From the NCBI GenBank assembly GCA_051942245.1, contig JAVECL010000226.1, positions 1 to 34,547 on the forward strand: a DNA stretch of 34,547 nucleotides. Direction: 5' to 3'. This DNA comes from Trypethelium eluteriae. Lineage: Eukaryota. The notes under the pieces were generated by a model. It was not told the origin of the DNA. It saw only the letters and a list, made by a program, of their open reading frames with translations, and searched no databases. Both the position numbers and the translations under genes were made by a program. Below, one piece after another: positions 1 through 10,121 of this stretch (within the stretch, counting starts at the first letter, position 1; each line of letters begins with the position of its first letter).

Positions 1-136
1 TGATAAACTAGGATCTGTAACTTCATCCATTAAATATAATAATTTAAAGGATGGAAATGCTATTAAAATTAGTATAAGTGCTGGTGTAATTGTTCATATT
101 AATTCTATTAAAGTTCCATGGTTAAGATATTTATTA
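1..136. repeat. 136-nt exact terminal direct repeat (identical to 34412..34547), an internal segment of cox2
   Basis: tgataaactaggatct...gttaagatatttatta is identical at both ends of the window. On the - strand it encodes [45 protein letters not shown]. Confidence 0.97.
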
Positions 137-146
137 CTTATAAAAT

Positions 147-1167
147 TTAATCATCCTTCCTTATTTCTTTTCCTTTTCCTTTTCCTTCACCTTGTACTTG
201 ATCTGTCGTTACTTTATCTGTCGTATAAAACAAACTCATTAAATTTTTTTGTAAGAGGTGTTTCTGCAGTGTCTTATAAGTCTACAGGTTTAACCGGTCT
301 CGTTTCATCAACATCTAAGTTTGGTTTAGCTGGACTATTAAAAAAACTGGGCTCAGTCTTAGGTTTAGCAGTCGGAGATGGAAAATTACTAACCTTATCT
401 ACTTGAGATCCAGATTGGGACTGAGCACGATTTCTATTATATTCATTTATTTTATAAATATCGTGCTCTAAATTATTTTGGCTAATACTTTTAGGAAGTT
501 CCGTACTTTCAATACCAAACTTTTTAGCTTTTTCCTCAAAAGCTAATCTATTTCTTTCTAATAAAAACATTTTATCATCATCTTCCACTGCATAACCTAT
601 AATCCTTTTGCTTTTATTTAAATAGTCATTAACGATTTTATTAAGATCTCTATCACAACTGTTAGTACTATCACTACTATAACTATAAATAGTAGAAAGA
701 GATTCTCTATTTTTATCCCTAGTAGACATATTACTACTATTAATATTATCTAGTTTTTTAGTAATGTCTCCAGCTTTATTCAAATATGTTTCTACAGAGT
801 TTGTTTATCTTGTCCTTCTTGTTTTGAAGAGAAAGATTCTTCTGACAGTTGTTCCATAGGATAAAGATTATGTCTATGTTTTATTATTTTCTTTTTTACT
901 TCTTCTAAATCAGGTAAATTATTACCTAAAGTTATAGTTTGTTTAAATAGAAAAGAGTCAAATTTTATATAAATTTCATTTATATAATATATAATAATAG
1001 ACATAATAAAATAAAAAGTAATAGAAACGGGTTCAGTATAATTAATAAAAAACATTAATATGATAAATATTGTTTATTAAAAATCTGCAAAAAAACCATA
1101 TAAAAAATATAAAAAGGATTTTAAAAATTTTAAACTTAAAATTATTAAATATTTTTTTTAAGAACAT
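147..1167 (-). pseudogene. Fragmented orphan ORF with a hydrophobic N-terminus and a charged/low-complexity C-terminus; includes track ORFs 792..1055 and 274..783
   Basis: Successive open segments: ATG at 1167 (MFLKKIFNNFKFKIFKILFIFFIWFF), 792..1055, 274..804, and a final segment TTDKVTTDQVQGEGKGKGKEIRKDD* ending at 147. They are separated by frameshifts or stops. That they were once a single gene is an inference. Confidence 0.5.
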
Positions 1168-1276
1168 TTTTAATTGTGTGTTGGCTTTTTTCCAATAAGT
1201 AATAGGTAAAATCTGTAAATATAATAGTATAAAAACGGCAAGTATTTGTTTATAATGCGAAAACTTTACTACTTGG

Positions 1277-1348
1277 TTTCTTATCTAAGATTCGAACTCA
1301 AATCTGGATATCAGAAGTATCCTGCTTTTACCATTAAGCTAATAAGAA
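1277..1348 (-). tRNA. trnR: tRNA-Arg(TCT)
   Basis: Cloverleaf; anticodon arm GGATA-CTTCTGA-TATCC; TTCGAAT T-loop. Confidence 0.93.
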
Positions 1349-1367
1349 ATTAATTAAGTGCTATTAA

Positions 1368-1440
1368 AGCTAGGAGAGAAAATTGAATTCTCATTTTTAA
1401 TGCATGAAATTAAAGTTCTAACCTATTAAACTATCCTAGC
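1368..1440 (-). tRNA. trnM: tRNA-Met(CAT) (one of three CAT tRNAs)
   Basis: Acceptor GCTAGGA/TCCTAGC; anticodon arm TTAAT-TTCATGC-ATTAA. Confidence 0.9.
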
Positions 1441-1480
1441 ATAAAATATTAAAAAATATTTATAAAAAAAAAAGAATGAA

Positions 1481-1547
1481 GGGTGGAAACCCTGAATTGA
1501 ACAGGGAACTTATTATTCCACATACAGTTGTTCTGCAAATTGAACTA
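1481..1547 (-). pseudogene. Degenerate duplicate of tRNA-His
   Basis: gggtggaaaccctgaattgaacagggaacttattattccacatacagttgttctgcaaattgaacta aligns with 1710..1775, but the 5' acceptor strand is lost and the stems are mismatched. Confidence 0.85.
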
Positions 1548-1709
1548 CTAATAAATAGCTTTAACTAAAAAGACTAAACATTATAATATTTAATTTTTAG
1601 TTTTTTACTTTATATCAGGAGGTAAAAGAAATAAAGCAAAATTTATAGGTATATCTCTAAAATAATACTTAATCTTATAATATTAGAAAAATTAAAAATG
1701 TATTAAGCG

Positions 1710-1783
1710 GGGTGGTACCCTGGATTGAACAGGGAACTTATTGTGCCACATACAATCGTTCTACCAATTGAACTATACCATCC
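1710..1783 (-). tRNA. trnH: tRNA-His(GTG)
   Basis: Anticodon arm ATTGT-ATGTGGC-ACAAT; encoded G-1; T-arm CCCTG-TTCAATC-CAGGG. Confidence 0.92.
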
Positions 1784-2169
1784 TTTTATTTTTTTTTTAT
1801 ATTTTAAATATAAAGTGTAAATAATATTTTACTTATGCATATCTACTTTTATTCATAAAAAAAACAGAAAAAAAAATTGTAAATTAGCTAAAAGAAAAAA
1901 AAAAAGGTTAAAACCCTAAAGCTGTACCAAATATAGGATATAATCGTAAAAATTTTTTAATATTATTTAAACTAAAATACCCTTGAAACAAGCAATAGAA
2001 AAATATAGTACTAGGTACTATAATATATAAATTTAAAGAATCGAAATTAATCAATTTAGACATATTATCTTTTTTTTTTCTATATCACATCACATTTTTT
2101 TCTAGGTCACATTTATCACAATATATCTTTAATAAAAGAGGATAAAATATGCTAACAAATTATGGGGGG

Positions 2170-2243
2170 GGGGGCTATGTAAGAATTGCACTTACATAAT
2201 ATGATCACAAAACCAGATGCATTGTTATTATACTAACGAGGCC
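2170..2243 (-). pseudogene. tRNA-like pseudogene (Thr(TGT)-like)
   Basis: D-arm GTAT/ATGC and T-arm GTAAG-TGCAATT-CTTAC resemble trnT at 4806..4876. The acceptor stem is unpaired, the anticodon loop is 8 nt, and it ends in a G-run (+ strand). Confidence 0.55.
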
Positions 2244-2340
2244 TATATATTAATAAATTTATATAACAATAATATAAATAAACATTTAATAATATTTAAA
2301 GTATAACTTAACTTAAATATAAAAAAAATAAAAAGAATAG

Positions 2341-2600
2341 AAAACATTTAGTTAATATTTTAATCTATTATTTACGCTATAATTTAACTAAAGCTAATTT
2401 TTTCTATCATATATTATTAAAGCTTTATTATTATAAGGTTTTACCTTTCCTACCTATTTAAATAAATAAATACCTTTAAAAGGCTTAACTATTTTATCTT
2501 TTATATTTAGATATATACTAGCCTGACGTATACCTAAAAATCTAGCAGCCAGACCTATTCTTTAAAAAATAGTAATTTTATTTAAAGCAAGGTTTGTTAC
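2341..2600 (-). pseudogene. Remnant of a GIY-YIG homing endonuclease C-terminus (NUMOD1-like) plus 3' flank
   Basis: Encodes IGLAARFLGIRQASI; homologous at DNA level to 26678..26873. Confidence 0.7.
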
Positions 2601-2680
2601 TTATAATTTTAAATCAGTTTTTGAATAACTTGCTCTAAATTATTATTTGTACCTAAATTATTATTTGTATCCACCTTTAG

Positions 2681-2753
2681 TTATGTTGAGGCGATTCGAA
2701 CACCCAATAATAAATACCAAAAATTTATGACTTACCTATTAGTCGACAACATA
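2681..2753 (-). tRNA. trnQ: tRNA-Gln(TTG)
   Basis: Acceptor TATGTTG/CAACATA; anticodon arm TAAAT-TTTTGGT-ATTTA. Confidence 0.93.
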
Positions 2754-2789
2754 TTTTTATAGAATTTTTTATATAAAATTTTAATTATT

Positions 2790-3710
2790 GAATCCTTTTT
2801 AATTTAAATTTATCACCCTAAATTTTTCAATTATTAATATCTCTTAATTTTAAAGATCTGCCTACACTTAATGAATTAGCTGCTTTTCTTACACTGCTAA
2901 ATTTGTATTTAACTATAACATTACAATCTAATACTAGTAATATTGTCGATTTAGATTTTTCTCGTCATAATGACTAGAAATGTTTTCAGGATAAATATTA
3001 CTAGAATAATACCTGCTAGTTTCATTTACTTTAAAATATCAACTGTTATTTCACAAGATCTCTTTATTTAAATTAATACTAACAGTAGAAAATAATATAC
3101 CAAAAAAATTAGAGTTAGCTTTAATAATATTTAAATATTAAAAATTTTACAGGTTTTTTATCAAAAGCATAAAAAAAAACACCTTTATTACATCTTATTA
3201 ATATAATAATAAGAGATAATTTACTATTACCTTATTCATATGCGTAGTATGTAAAAGTATTTGTAAAGATTTACCTATACGGTAATTACCTATTTTTAAT
3301 ATACTATCAATTTTATGTTTATATCCTAACATAGAGCCAACTGTTTATTAATATTGAAATAAGGTTTGTATTTATCCAAGTAAAACTGCTCTCTCTCTAA
3401 CAACTTTATTTTGTTCTTAACAATGATATTAGTAGAGGGAAAACTAACAGATTCCAGTAAACCAAACTATAAGTTATTTCAGCCATACTTATACACTAAC
3501 CTATACAACTTAGAAATATAAAGATTAGGTTTAAAAAAATTGTATTTATACTTTGCAACACGATTATTTATATTAATAGCTGAACCAATATACATTATAG
3601 ACTTATCAATTTTAAACCTGTATATATAAATAGCTGAACCTCTAATTAAGGTTTTGTTATCTTGACTTATAGTTAATCCATTTATATCAATATTATATCA
3701 TTTTACTTTT
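2790..3710 (-). pseudogene. Free-standing GIY-YIG homing endonuclease pseudogene
   Basis: Translates to SAIYIYRFKIDKSIMYIGSAININNR...LYRLVYKYGWNNL*FGLLE...LLEREQFYLDKYKPYFNINK/(frameshift)GSMLGYKH, with a C-terminal NUMOD1-like KFSSVRKAANSLSVG. Contains stops and frameshifts. Confidence 0.9.
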
Positions 3711-3717
3711 TTCCATA

Positions 3718-3801
3718 TATAGGTAACAAGACTTGAACTTGTAAGGATATTAAACCAATCCGTCCTAAGCGGATCCTGTTTGCCAATTTCAGCACACCTA
3801 T
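3718..3801 (-). tRNA. trnL: tRNA-Leu(TAG)
   Basis: Anticodon arm ATCCG-CTTAGGA-CGGAT; long variable arm. Confidence 0.93.
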
Positions 3802-3888
3802 TTTTATATAAATATATTATATGTAATATCTTAAAAATTTAAAAATAGTACTAATTATTAAAAAAATAATAATGAAAAAAAAAAGATT

Positions 3889-3972
3889 TATGCTATCTTA
3901 GGTTTTGCCTTTTCAGAAGCAACATGTTTATTTGCTCTTATGATGGCTTTTTTACTTTTATATGTTGCTTAA
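3889..3972 (+). pseudogene. atp9: Inverted 3' fragment of atp9
   Basis: The + strand reads [27 protein letters not shown], matching the atp9 C-terminus with one G>C change. No in-frame start or N-terminal half. Confidence 0.93.
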
Positions 3973-4048
3973 TTACGAATGTTGTCATAAACAATGTATT
4001 TAGAATACAAACCTAAGTGATGAAAAATGATACCACTCTTATAGTTGG

Positions 4049-4121
4049 TGCTCAATATAAGATTTGAACTTATAACCCCGGTTTCTTCAGAACCATGCTC
4101 AACCAATTGAGCTTATCGAGC
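4049..4121 (-). tRNA. trnF: tRNA-Phe(GAA)
   Basis: Anticodon arm TGGTT-CTGAAGA-AACCG. Confidence 0.93.
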
Positions 4122-4270
4122 TTTTATTTATTTTCTATAAAATATTCATTTAAAATAAGTTTATATGTATATATTATATATATTTTCCTTTTACTATTTC
4201 GCTTTGTTTTTATATTATTAGCTTATATATATATATATTTCAAATTAAATTTGCTATTTTAAATGAACTT

Positions 4271-4289
4271 ATTGAGCTTATCGAGCTTT
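4271..4289 (-). repeat. Duplicated 5' end of trnF (19 nt)
   Basis: attgagcttatcgagcttt is identical to 4106..4124. Confidence 0.8.
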
Positions 4290-4312
4290 AATGGTTAAAA
4301 AAGAATAAAATG

Positions 4313-4384
4313 TGGAGATATTAGGTGTCGATCCTAAAATAACGATATGCAAAATCGCAGTTTTACCTTTTAAACTATAACCCC
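4313..4384 (-). tRNA. trnA: tRNA-Ala(TGC)
   Basis: Anticodon arm GCGAT-TTTGCAT-ATCGT; GGGG acceptor. Confidence 0.92.
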
Positions 4385-4395
4385 AAAATAAAATA

Positions 4396-4468
4396 TGACC
4401 CATCTGGGGTTCGAACCCAGGTATGTAACGATGAAAAAGTTATGTCTTAACCACTTGACTAATGGGCC
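4396..4468 (-). tRNA. trnE: tRNA-Glu(TTC)
   Basis: Anticodon loop TTTTCAT; T-arm CTGGG-TTCGAAC-CCCAG. Confidence 0.92.
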
Positions 4469-4499
4469 TTAAAAACTTTCATATACTATTATATATTTT

Positions 4500-4582
4500 T
4501 ATCCGAAAAACGACTTGAACGTTCACGATCTAATATCAATAAATCTTAAGATTATCCTGTCTACCAATTCCAGCACTCGGAT
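4500..4582 (-). tRNA. trnL: tRNA-Leu(TAA)
   Basis: Anticodon loop CTTAAGA; long variable arm; TGCTGGAATTGGTAGACAG D-arm. Confidence 0.92.
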
Positions 4583-4638
4583 TAATATGTTATATATATA
4601 TATATTAAACCTTATACATATATTTAATGTAGTAAATA

Positions 4639-4711
4639 TAAGGCTAGAATGACTTGAACACTCATCTGAGCTATTATGAGCAGCTTGCTCTACCTATTAA
4701 GCTATAACCTT
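4639..4711 (-). tRNA. trnM: tRNA-Met(CAT) (elongator or Ile2-type)
   Basis: Anticodon arm AGCTG-CTCATAA-TAGCT. Confidence 0.9.
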
Positions 4712-4720
4712 AATAAATAA

Positions 4721-4791
4721 GTGCGGACAGAGGATTTGCACCTCTATATATTGGTCATGAGCCAATTATGTTACTATTACATCAATCCGCA
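4721..4791 (-). tRNA. trnM: tRNA-Met(CAT), initiator-like
   Basis: Anticodon arm ATTGG-CTCATGA-CCAAT; TGCAAAT T-loop. Confidence 0.9.
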
Positions 4792-4805
4792 TAAAAATAT
4801 AAATA

Positions 4806-4876
4806 AGCCCAGTATAAGTATCGCACTTATTTCAACCGATTACAAAACGGGTACATTACTTTTATGCTAACTAGGC
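4806..4876 (-). tRNA. trnT: tRNA-Thr(TGT)
   Basis: Acceptor GCCTAGT/ACTGGGC; anticodon loop TTTGTAA. Confidence 0.9.
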
Positions 4877-5029
4877 CCCCATAATAATAAATATAATAAA
4901 TTATTTTAACTAAGCTATATAAAAATAATATATGATAAAATATTATTTAGTTTATAATACATTTAGTACTTTATACCTAAAAATATTAAAATTCTTTTAG
5001 CTAAAGCCTATACATTATAATTATCATAA

Positions 5030-8005
5030 CTATACTTTTAATATAATTATAATAAAAATATAAATTGTAGTGTTATACTACATATATTTAAGAGTATCTT
5101 AAAGTAAGTTTCGTACCTACATGCATTCAGTACTTATCTTAAACTAACATAGCTTTCCTGCCCTGCTTACACTAAACATAAACTAGAGTAACAGTTATAT
5201 CCTCTAATTACATTAATATAGATATAATATTATTAAATACAATATAAATATAATATAATTATATATATCAGCATAGCCGAATATTAATATTAGACATCAC
5301 TATAAACAACAGGTAAACCATAGGTTAATATACCCAACTCCTTTCGTACGAAGGGGCTATCTTTATTTTACTCTAATTTCCTCTAGAAGATAGAAACCAT
5401 ACTGTCTCACGACGTATTTAACCCAGCTCGTGTAGCTCTTTAAACGACGAACAGTCGTACCCTTCATGTCTCTTACATTCATGTGGATGAGCTAAGCCGA
5501 CATCGAGGTGCCAAACTGCGCACCCAATTTGTACTCTCTGGCGCAATTAGCCTGTTATCCCTAGCGTAGCTTTTTCAATAATCCAAGACCTTTCCTTTTT
5601 GCATCTTGTGATCATATGCCCCGCTTACGCGACTGATAGACATGTAAGTCAAACAGTAAAGCAAGATTAAGCCATTAAACTGTATAAGTATATCTTAATA
5701 TCCTTATCATAATATAACATATTATAATAAAAATTATAAATATTATTAAGAATTTTTAATTAAAAGATAATAATACATAATTATTATATATTTATTTTTA
5801 AACTTAATTTAATATTAATTATACATCTATTTTCCATATAGTAAAATCTTACTTAATTAATATAAATATATAAAGTATCTATTTAAAAGACAAGAATTGA
5901 ATTAGCTAATATTTTACTAATATAAATTAAAAAAAAAGATTAAGGATTTTTTAACAAAATTAATTTTGGATATACCCAGGTACTTTTTATGGGATCTGTG
6001 CCCCGCATAAACTATCCACTAGCAACTGTATCATTAATATAAATCAAAAATTTTGATATTTACCTTTATTATTTTCCTTTAAAGATTGTATTACACAATT
6101 GATATGTTAAACAAAGTAAAGGTGTTTCAATTATATTTAATCAATTACCTTATACACTAAAACTTGTTCCAACATACCCAATAACTAGTAACAGTAAAGC
6201 TGCATAGGGTCTTCTCGTCTATCTAGAGGTAAACTGTATCTGCACAGTTATTATAATTTCACTGAGACAATTATTGAGACAGCTGTTGTATCGTTAAATC
6301 ATTCATGCAAAGACCGTATTTAGCGGCCAGGGTATTCCGCTACCTTAGGACCCTTATAGGTAAGGCCGCCATTGATCGGGGTATCCTTCAAAACCTTCCC
6401 TAAAAAAAAAAAAGCAAATCCGTTAACCAGCCGATATAGGGCAGATATCGCACTCAATACTTTGATTTATTATCTTATGCAAAGTGCTTTGTTTTAATTA
6501 AACAGTCGTACAACATCATTCTATGCCTCCTTTTCTTTAACTGATATTAATCAGCAGGAATGGCCCACCTTATCCCGAAGTTACGGTGCCAATTTGCCGA
6601 GTTCCTTAATAATTGTTATCTCAAACGCCTTTGTATACTCTACTTGCTTACTTGTGGTAGTTTCTAGGTACGGTCATATTTATATTTTATCAAAAAAAGG
6701 TTTAAAAGAATTTATCTTTAAAAATAAATCCTTATTCAAAAATATATAGGTTTATAAAACCTTACATATTATTTTCCAGAACATTATATACTCTATTAAT
6801 GTCTTATATATATCGAGATTTACTCATCGTTTATTCCTTTAGGGCAGGTCAATAAACTTAGAGGCCGTTACTTTAAATAAATACCATAAGCTTAAGGCGA
6901 GGGTTATCCCTTTTTCGTTACTCATGTCAGCATTATCTCTTGGATTATGTTAATTAATATATCTAAAACTAAATCTATCATTTATCCAATGTTCCGCTAC
7001 CCCATAAATATAAAATTAAAATACTTATGGACAAGGTTTTGGTATATTATTTAGATCCGTTATATTTTCAGTGCTATTAATTATTTAATATTAAATTGTT
7101 GATACTAAATAAACCAGTGCTCTGTTACGAGGTCTTTAAAAAATGGCCGCTTCTAAGCCTATTTCCTGATTGAATTAAAAAATAACTCCTTTTATTTCAC
7201 TTAATAATAATTTTGGAACCTTAAACGCTTGTTCTGGGCTGTTTCCCTTTAGACATACAATCTTATCATACTATGTCCGATTATTCAATAATTATCATTA
7301 CCATTCCGAGAGCAACTACTTACCAATAAAATTTTCGCAAATCCCCCGATGTATACAAAAAACTTTGTCTAAGAACACAATTCTGTACCTGCTATGATAT
7401 TATTTGAATTACCTACTTATATAGGTTTCGCGGAAAACCAGCTATCCTAGTCAGTTTTGTCTTTCACTTACTTATCATAATTCTTCGGATATCTTTACAA
7501 CGATAAACCGTGCGGGCTTTTATAACCCTGATTATAATAAGATCACTAGGCTTCGGGTCTAATTTTAAATACTTATTCATTATTTAGTAATTGGTTTATC
7601 TGGGCAAATCTTGCTTGCATTTAATTTTAACTTGCTGACCCATTATGCAAAAGGTACGCTCTTATTCTATTTTATTATTTACTTGAACTACTTATAAAAA
7701 TACTATTTCAAATTTTTCCCTCAAGGTACTTATTTTCATATTTTTCTATCGCTTATAATCTATATTTAATTTTAGAGGAAGGTTCCCCTTTATTCAAACA
7801 AATTAGTTCTACATTTTACTTTAAATTTTTTTTCCATTTTTATTCACACTATATTTGGAATCTCGTTTGATTTTTTTTCCTAAAGCTATTAAGATATTTC
7901 AATTAACTTTGTTTAACATGGAATTTTTCTAAGAAATTAAGGAGATACATATATTTTTTATATACGAGCACGGCATCCTATATAAAAATTTTTCTTTCTT
8001 TAGAT
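5030..8005 (-). rRNA. rnl: Mitochondrial large subunit rRNA, no intron evident; ends approximate
   Basis: Reverse complements of conserved LSU motifs, e.g. gccgacatcgaggtgccaaac (5496), cctgttatccctag (5551), ttccgctaccttaggacc (6335), tgctgacccattatgcaaaaggtacgc (7633). Confidence 0.95.
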
Positions 8006-8139
8006 TATAGCTATTTATCCATAATATTTTCTTTATATACTTATTATCATAATAATTAATGATAAAATAATATATTTTATATCGTATATATTATTATTAT
8101 ATATTATTAAAAAAATTTTAAAACATTATACACTATTCT

Positions 8140-8330
8140 TTATTAATAAAGATAAATATATTATGTAAAGACTTTACATTATTTTTTTTTTTATTTATTT
8201 TTTTTTACATTATACTTAATTAGTTATTATTATTCGGGTTATTATGATTTGAACATAACAATGCCTCATTCCAAATGAAGTGCCTAACCTACCTGGCTTT
8301 AACCCGTATAATACAAAGAATATCTGATTT
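8140..8330. repeat. ~190-nt dispersed direct repeat (with 18154..18348): trnS(TGA) 3' end, trnP and downstream spacer
   Basis: Near-identical colinear sequence at both loci with about 10 substitutions or indels. Confidence 0.93.
8234..8306 (-). tRNA. trnP: tRNA-Pro(TGG), copy upstream of rnl
   Basis: Acceptor CGGGTTA/TAACCCG; anticodon arm CTTCA-TTTGGAA-TGAGG; 3 differences from the 18252 copy. Confidence 0.8.
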
Positions 8331-8592
8331 AGCCTATCATTAGGTTTATCTACATTTTGTAGGTAGGTACTGCCTATAACGAAAGTTATAATATTTACTT
8401 TTCTTCTAAAACCATTAAGATTACTTGTTCTTATTGTAATCTATTTAATTATTCCGTAGAAATTAACCACATAATTACCTGTATCTTGTTTAACTTTATC
8501 TATATTAGGGTTACAATCAGTAGCATAATCTATCTTTCCTGCAGAATGGGTATTTTCTGCATGAAAGAATAAAGGACAAATCAGGATCAGGA

Positions 8593-8952
<360 letters not shown>

Positions 8953-9110
8953 TGTAAGCAAACTCGTAACACATATAATTCTTATTATTTCATATATTAT
9001 ATTACAATTATATTTTCAATTTTATTTTTTAATTTATATTATATCCTAATAACAATATAAGGAATATAAAAAGGATATGGTTTTTTAACATAGATGTTAG
9101 ATTATTTAGA

Positions 9111-9192
9111 CGGAAAAGGAATGATTTGAACATCCAGGTGTTAAAACACAATATTTAGCAAATATCTCGCCCTACCGTATGGCCACTTTTCC
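9111..9192 (-). tRNA. trnS: tRNA-Ser(GCT)
   Basis: Anticodon arm GATAT-TTGCTAA-ATATT; long variable arm. Confidence 0.9.
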
Positions 9193-9243
9193 TAAAAAAA
9201 AACCTAAATAAAGTAATACACTTAAAATATTACTAAGATTAGT

Positions 9244-9315
9244 CAGGCCTTACCGGATTTGAACCGATATTACATTCCTTGACGAAGAAGAATTTTACCA
9301 TTAAACTAAAGGCCT
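9244..9315 (-). tRNA. trnD: tRNA-Asp(GTC)
   Basis: Acceptor AGGCCTT/AAGGCCT; anticodon loop TCGTCAA. Confidence 0.88.
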
Positions 9316-9324
9316 TTTTACTAA

Positions 9325-9395
9325 TACGGCTAACCGAACTTGAATCGGTACACATCGTTTGGAAGACGATTGGTCTACCATTAACCTATAGCCGT
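9325..9395 (-). tRNA. trnG: tRNA-Gly(TCC)
   Basis: Anticodon arm ATCGT-CTTCCAA-ACGAT. Confidence 0.93.
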
Positions 9396-9676
9396 TAAAA
9401 AAAAAAGTTTTTATTTCTTTTTAAGTATTATTACTTATATTTTTATAAATATTTTAGCTTTTTTACACAGAGATATTATATATAAAGCATAACCTTTATA
9501 TTACAGATTTAATAAAACTAAAATAAGTTTAACTATTAAAGTTTACATAGATAAGATCTTTATTATAATACTACTATAATAAAACCTGTTATAACTAGTA
9601 ATAATAGCTATATTAATATACGTTATATTTTTATACTAGCTTTTTATTTAAAAGTATTTATTAAAAAGTAATATTT

Positions 9677-9716
9677 GTTATAAAAGCTAAAGGTATACTA
9701 TTGTTTGTTTCAGTTA
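9677..9716 (-). pseudogene. nad6: Internal nad6 fragment
   Basis: Encodes TETNNSIPLAFIT; gttataaaagctaaaggtatactattgtttgtttcagtta matches 33043..33082 with 2 mismatches. Confidence 0.85.
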
Positions 9717-10121
9717 AAGCTTATAAACTTATATTAACCTATTTAATTGTTAATTATAATAAAATATAACTAATATAAATATTAAAAATGAGATAAAACT
9801 CAAACGATATTTTATATAAACAAGTATACTTCTTATGTTAATAAACTTGGTAAACTAAACCCTAAATACTACTAATAATTAGTATAGCTAAAATAACTAA
9901 ATATAAAAATTTTTTTAATTATTTATTTTAATTTAATATAGGTTTAAAGTATTTTACAAAATTATCTTACATAAGTATTTAGTTAGAATATCTGTATATA
10001 AATTAACCTAAAGTAACTAATAGTAATATTATAATGTATTAATATATAATATAATGTATTAATACAGATATTACATATAAAACTATTAAATTATTTTTAA
10101 CATTTATATAGATTATTAAAA

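Noticed and set aside
137..1260. cis-spliced intron upstream of the cox2 fragment
   Set aside because: No group I or II core motifs were recognised, and no upstream cox2 exon exists before the tRNA cluster.
5690..5960. AT-rich stretch inside rnl as a possible intron
   Set aside because: No intron core or ORF; it is more consistent with an expanded variable rRNA region.
8539..8561. Small hairpin TGCAGAA...TTCTGCA containing a PstI site after atp9
   Set aside because: It is a single copy with a 7-bp stem, not a dispersed GC-palindrome family.
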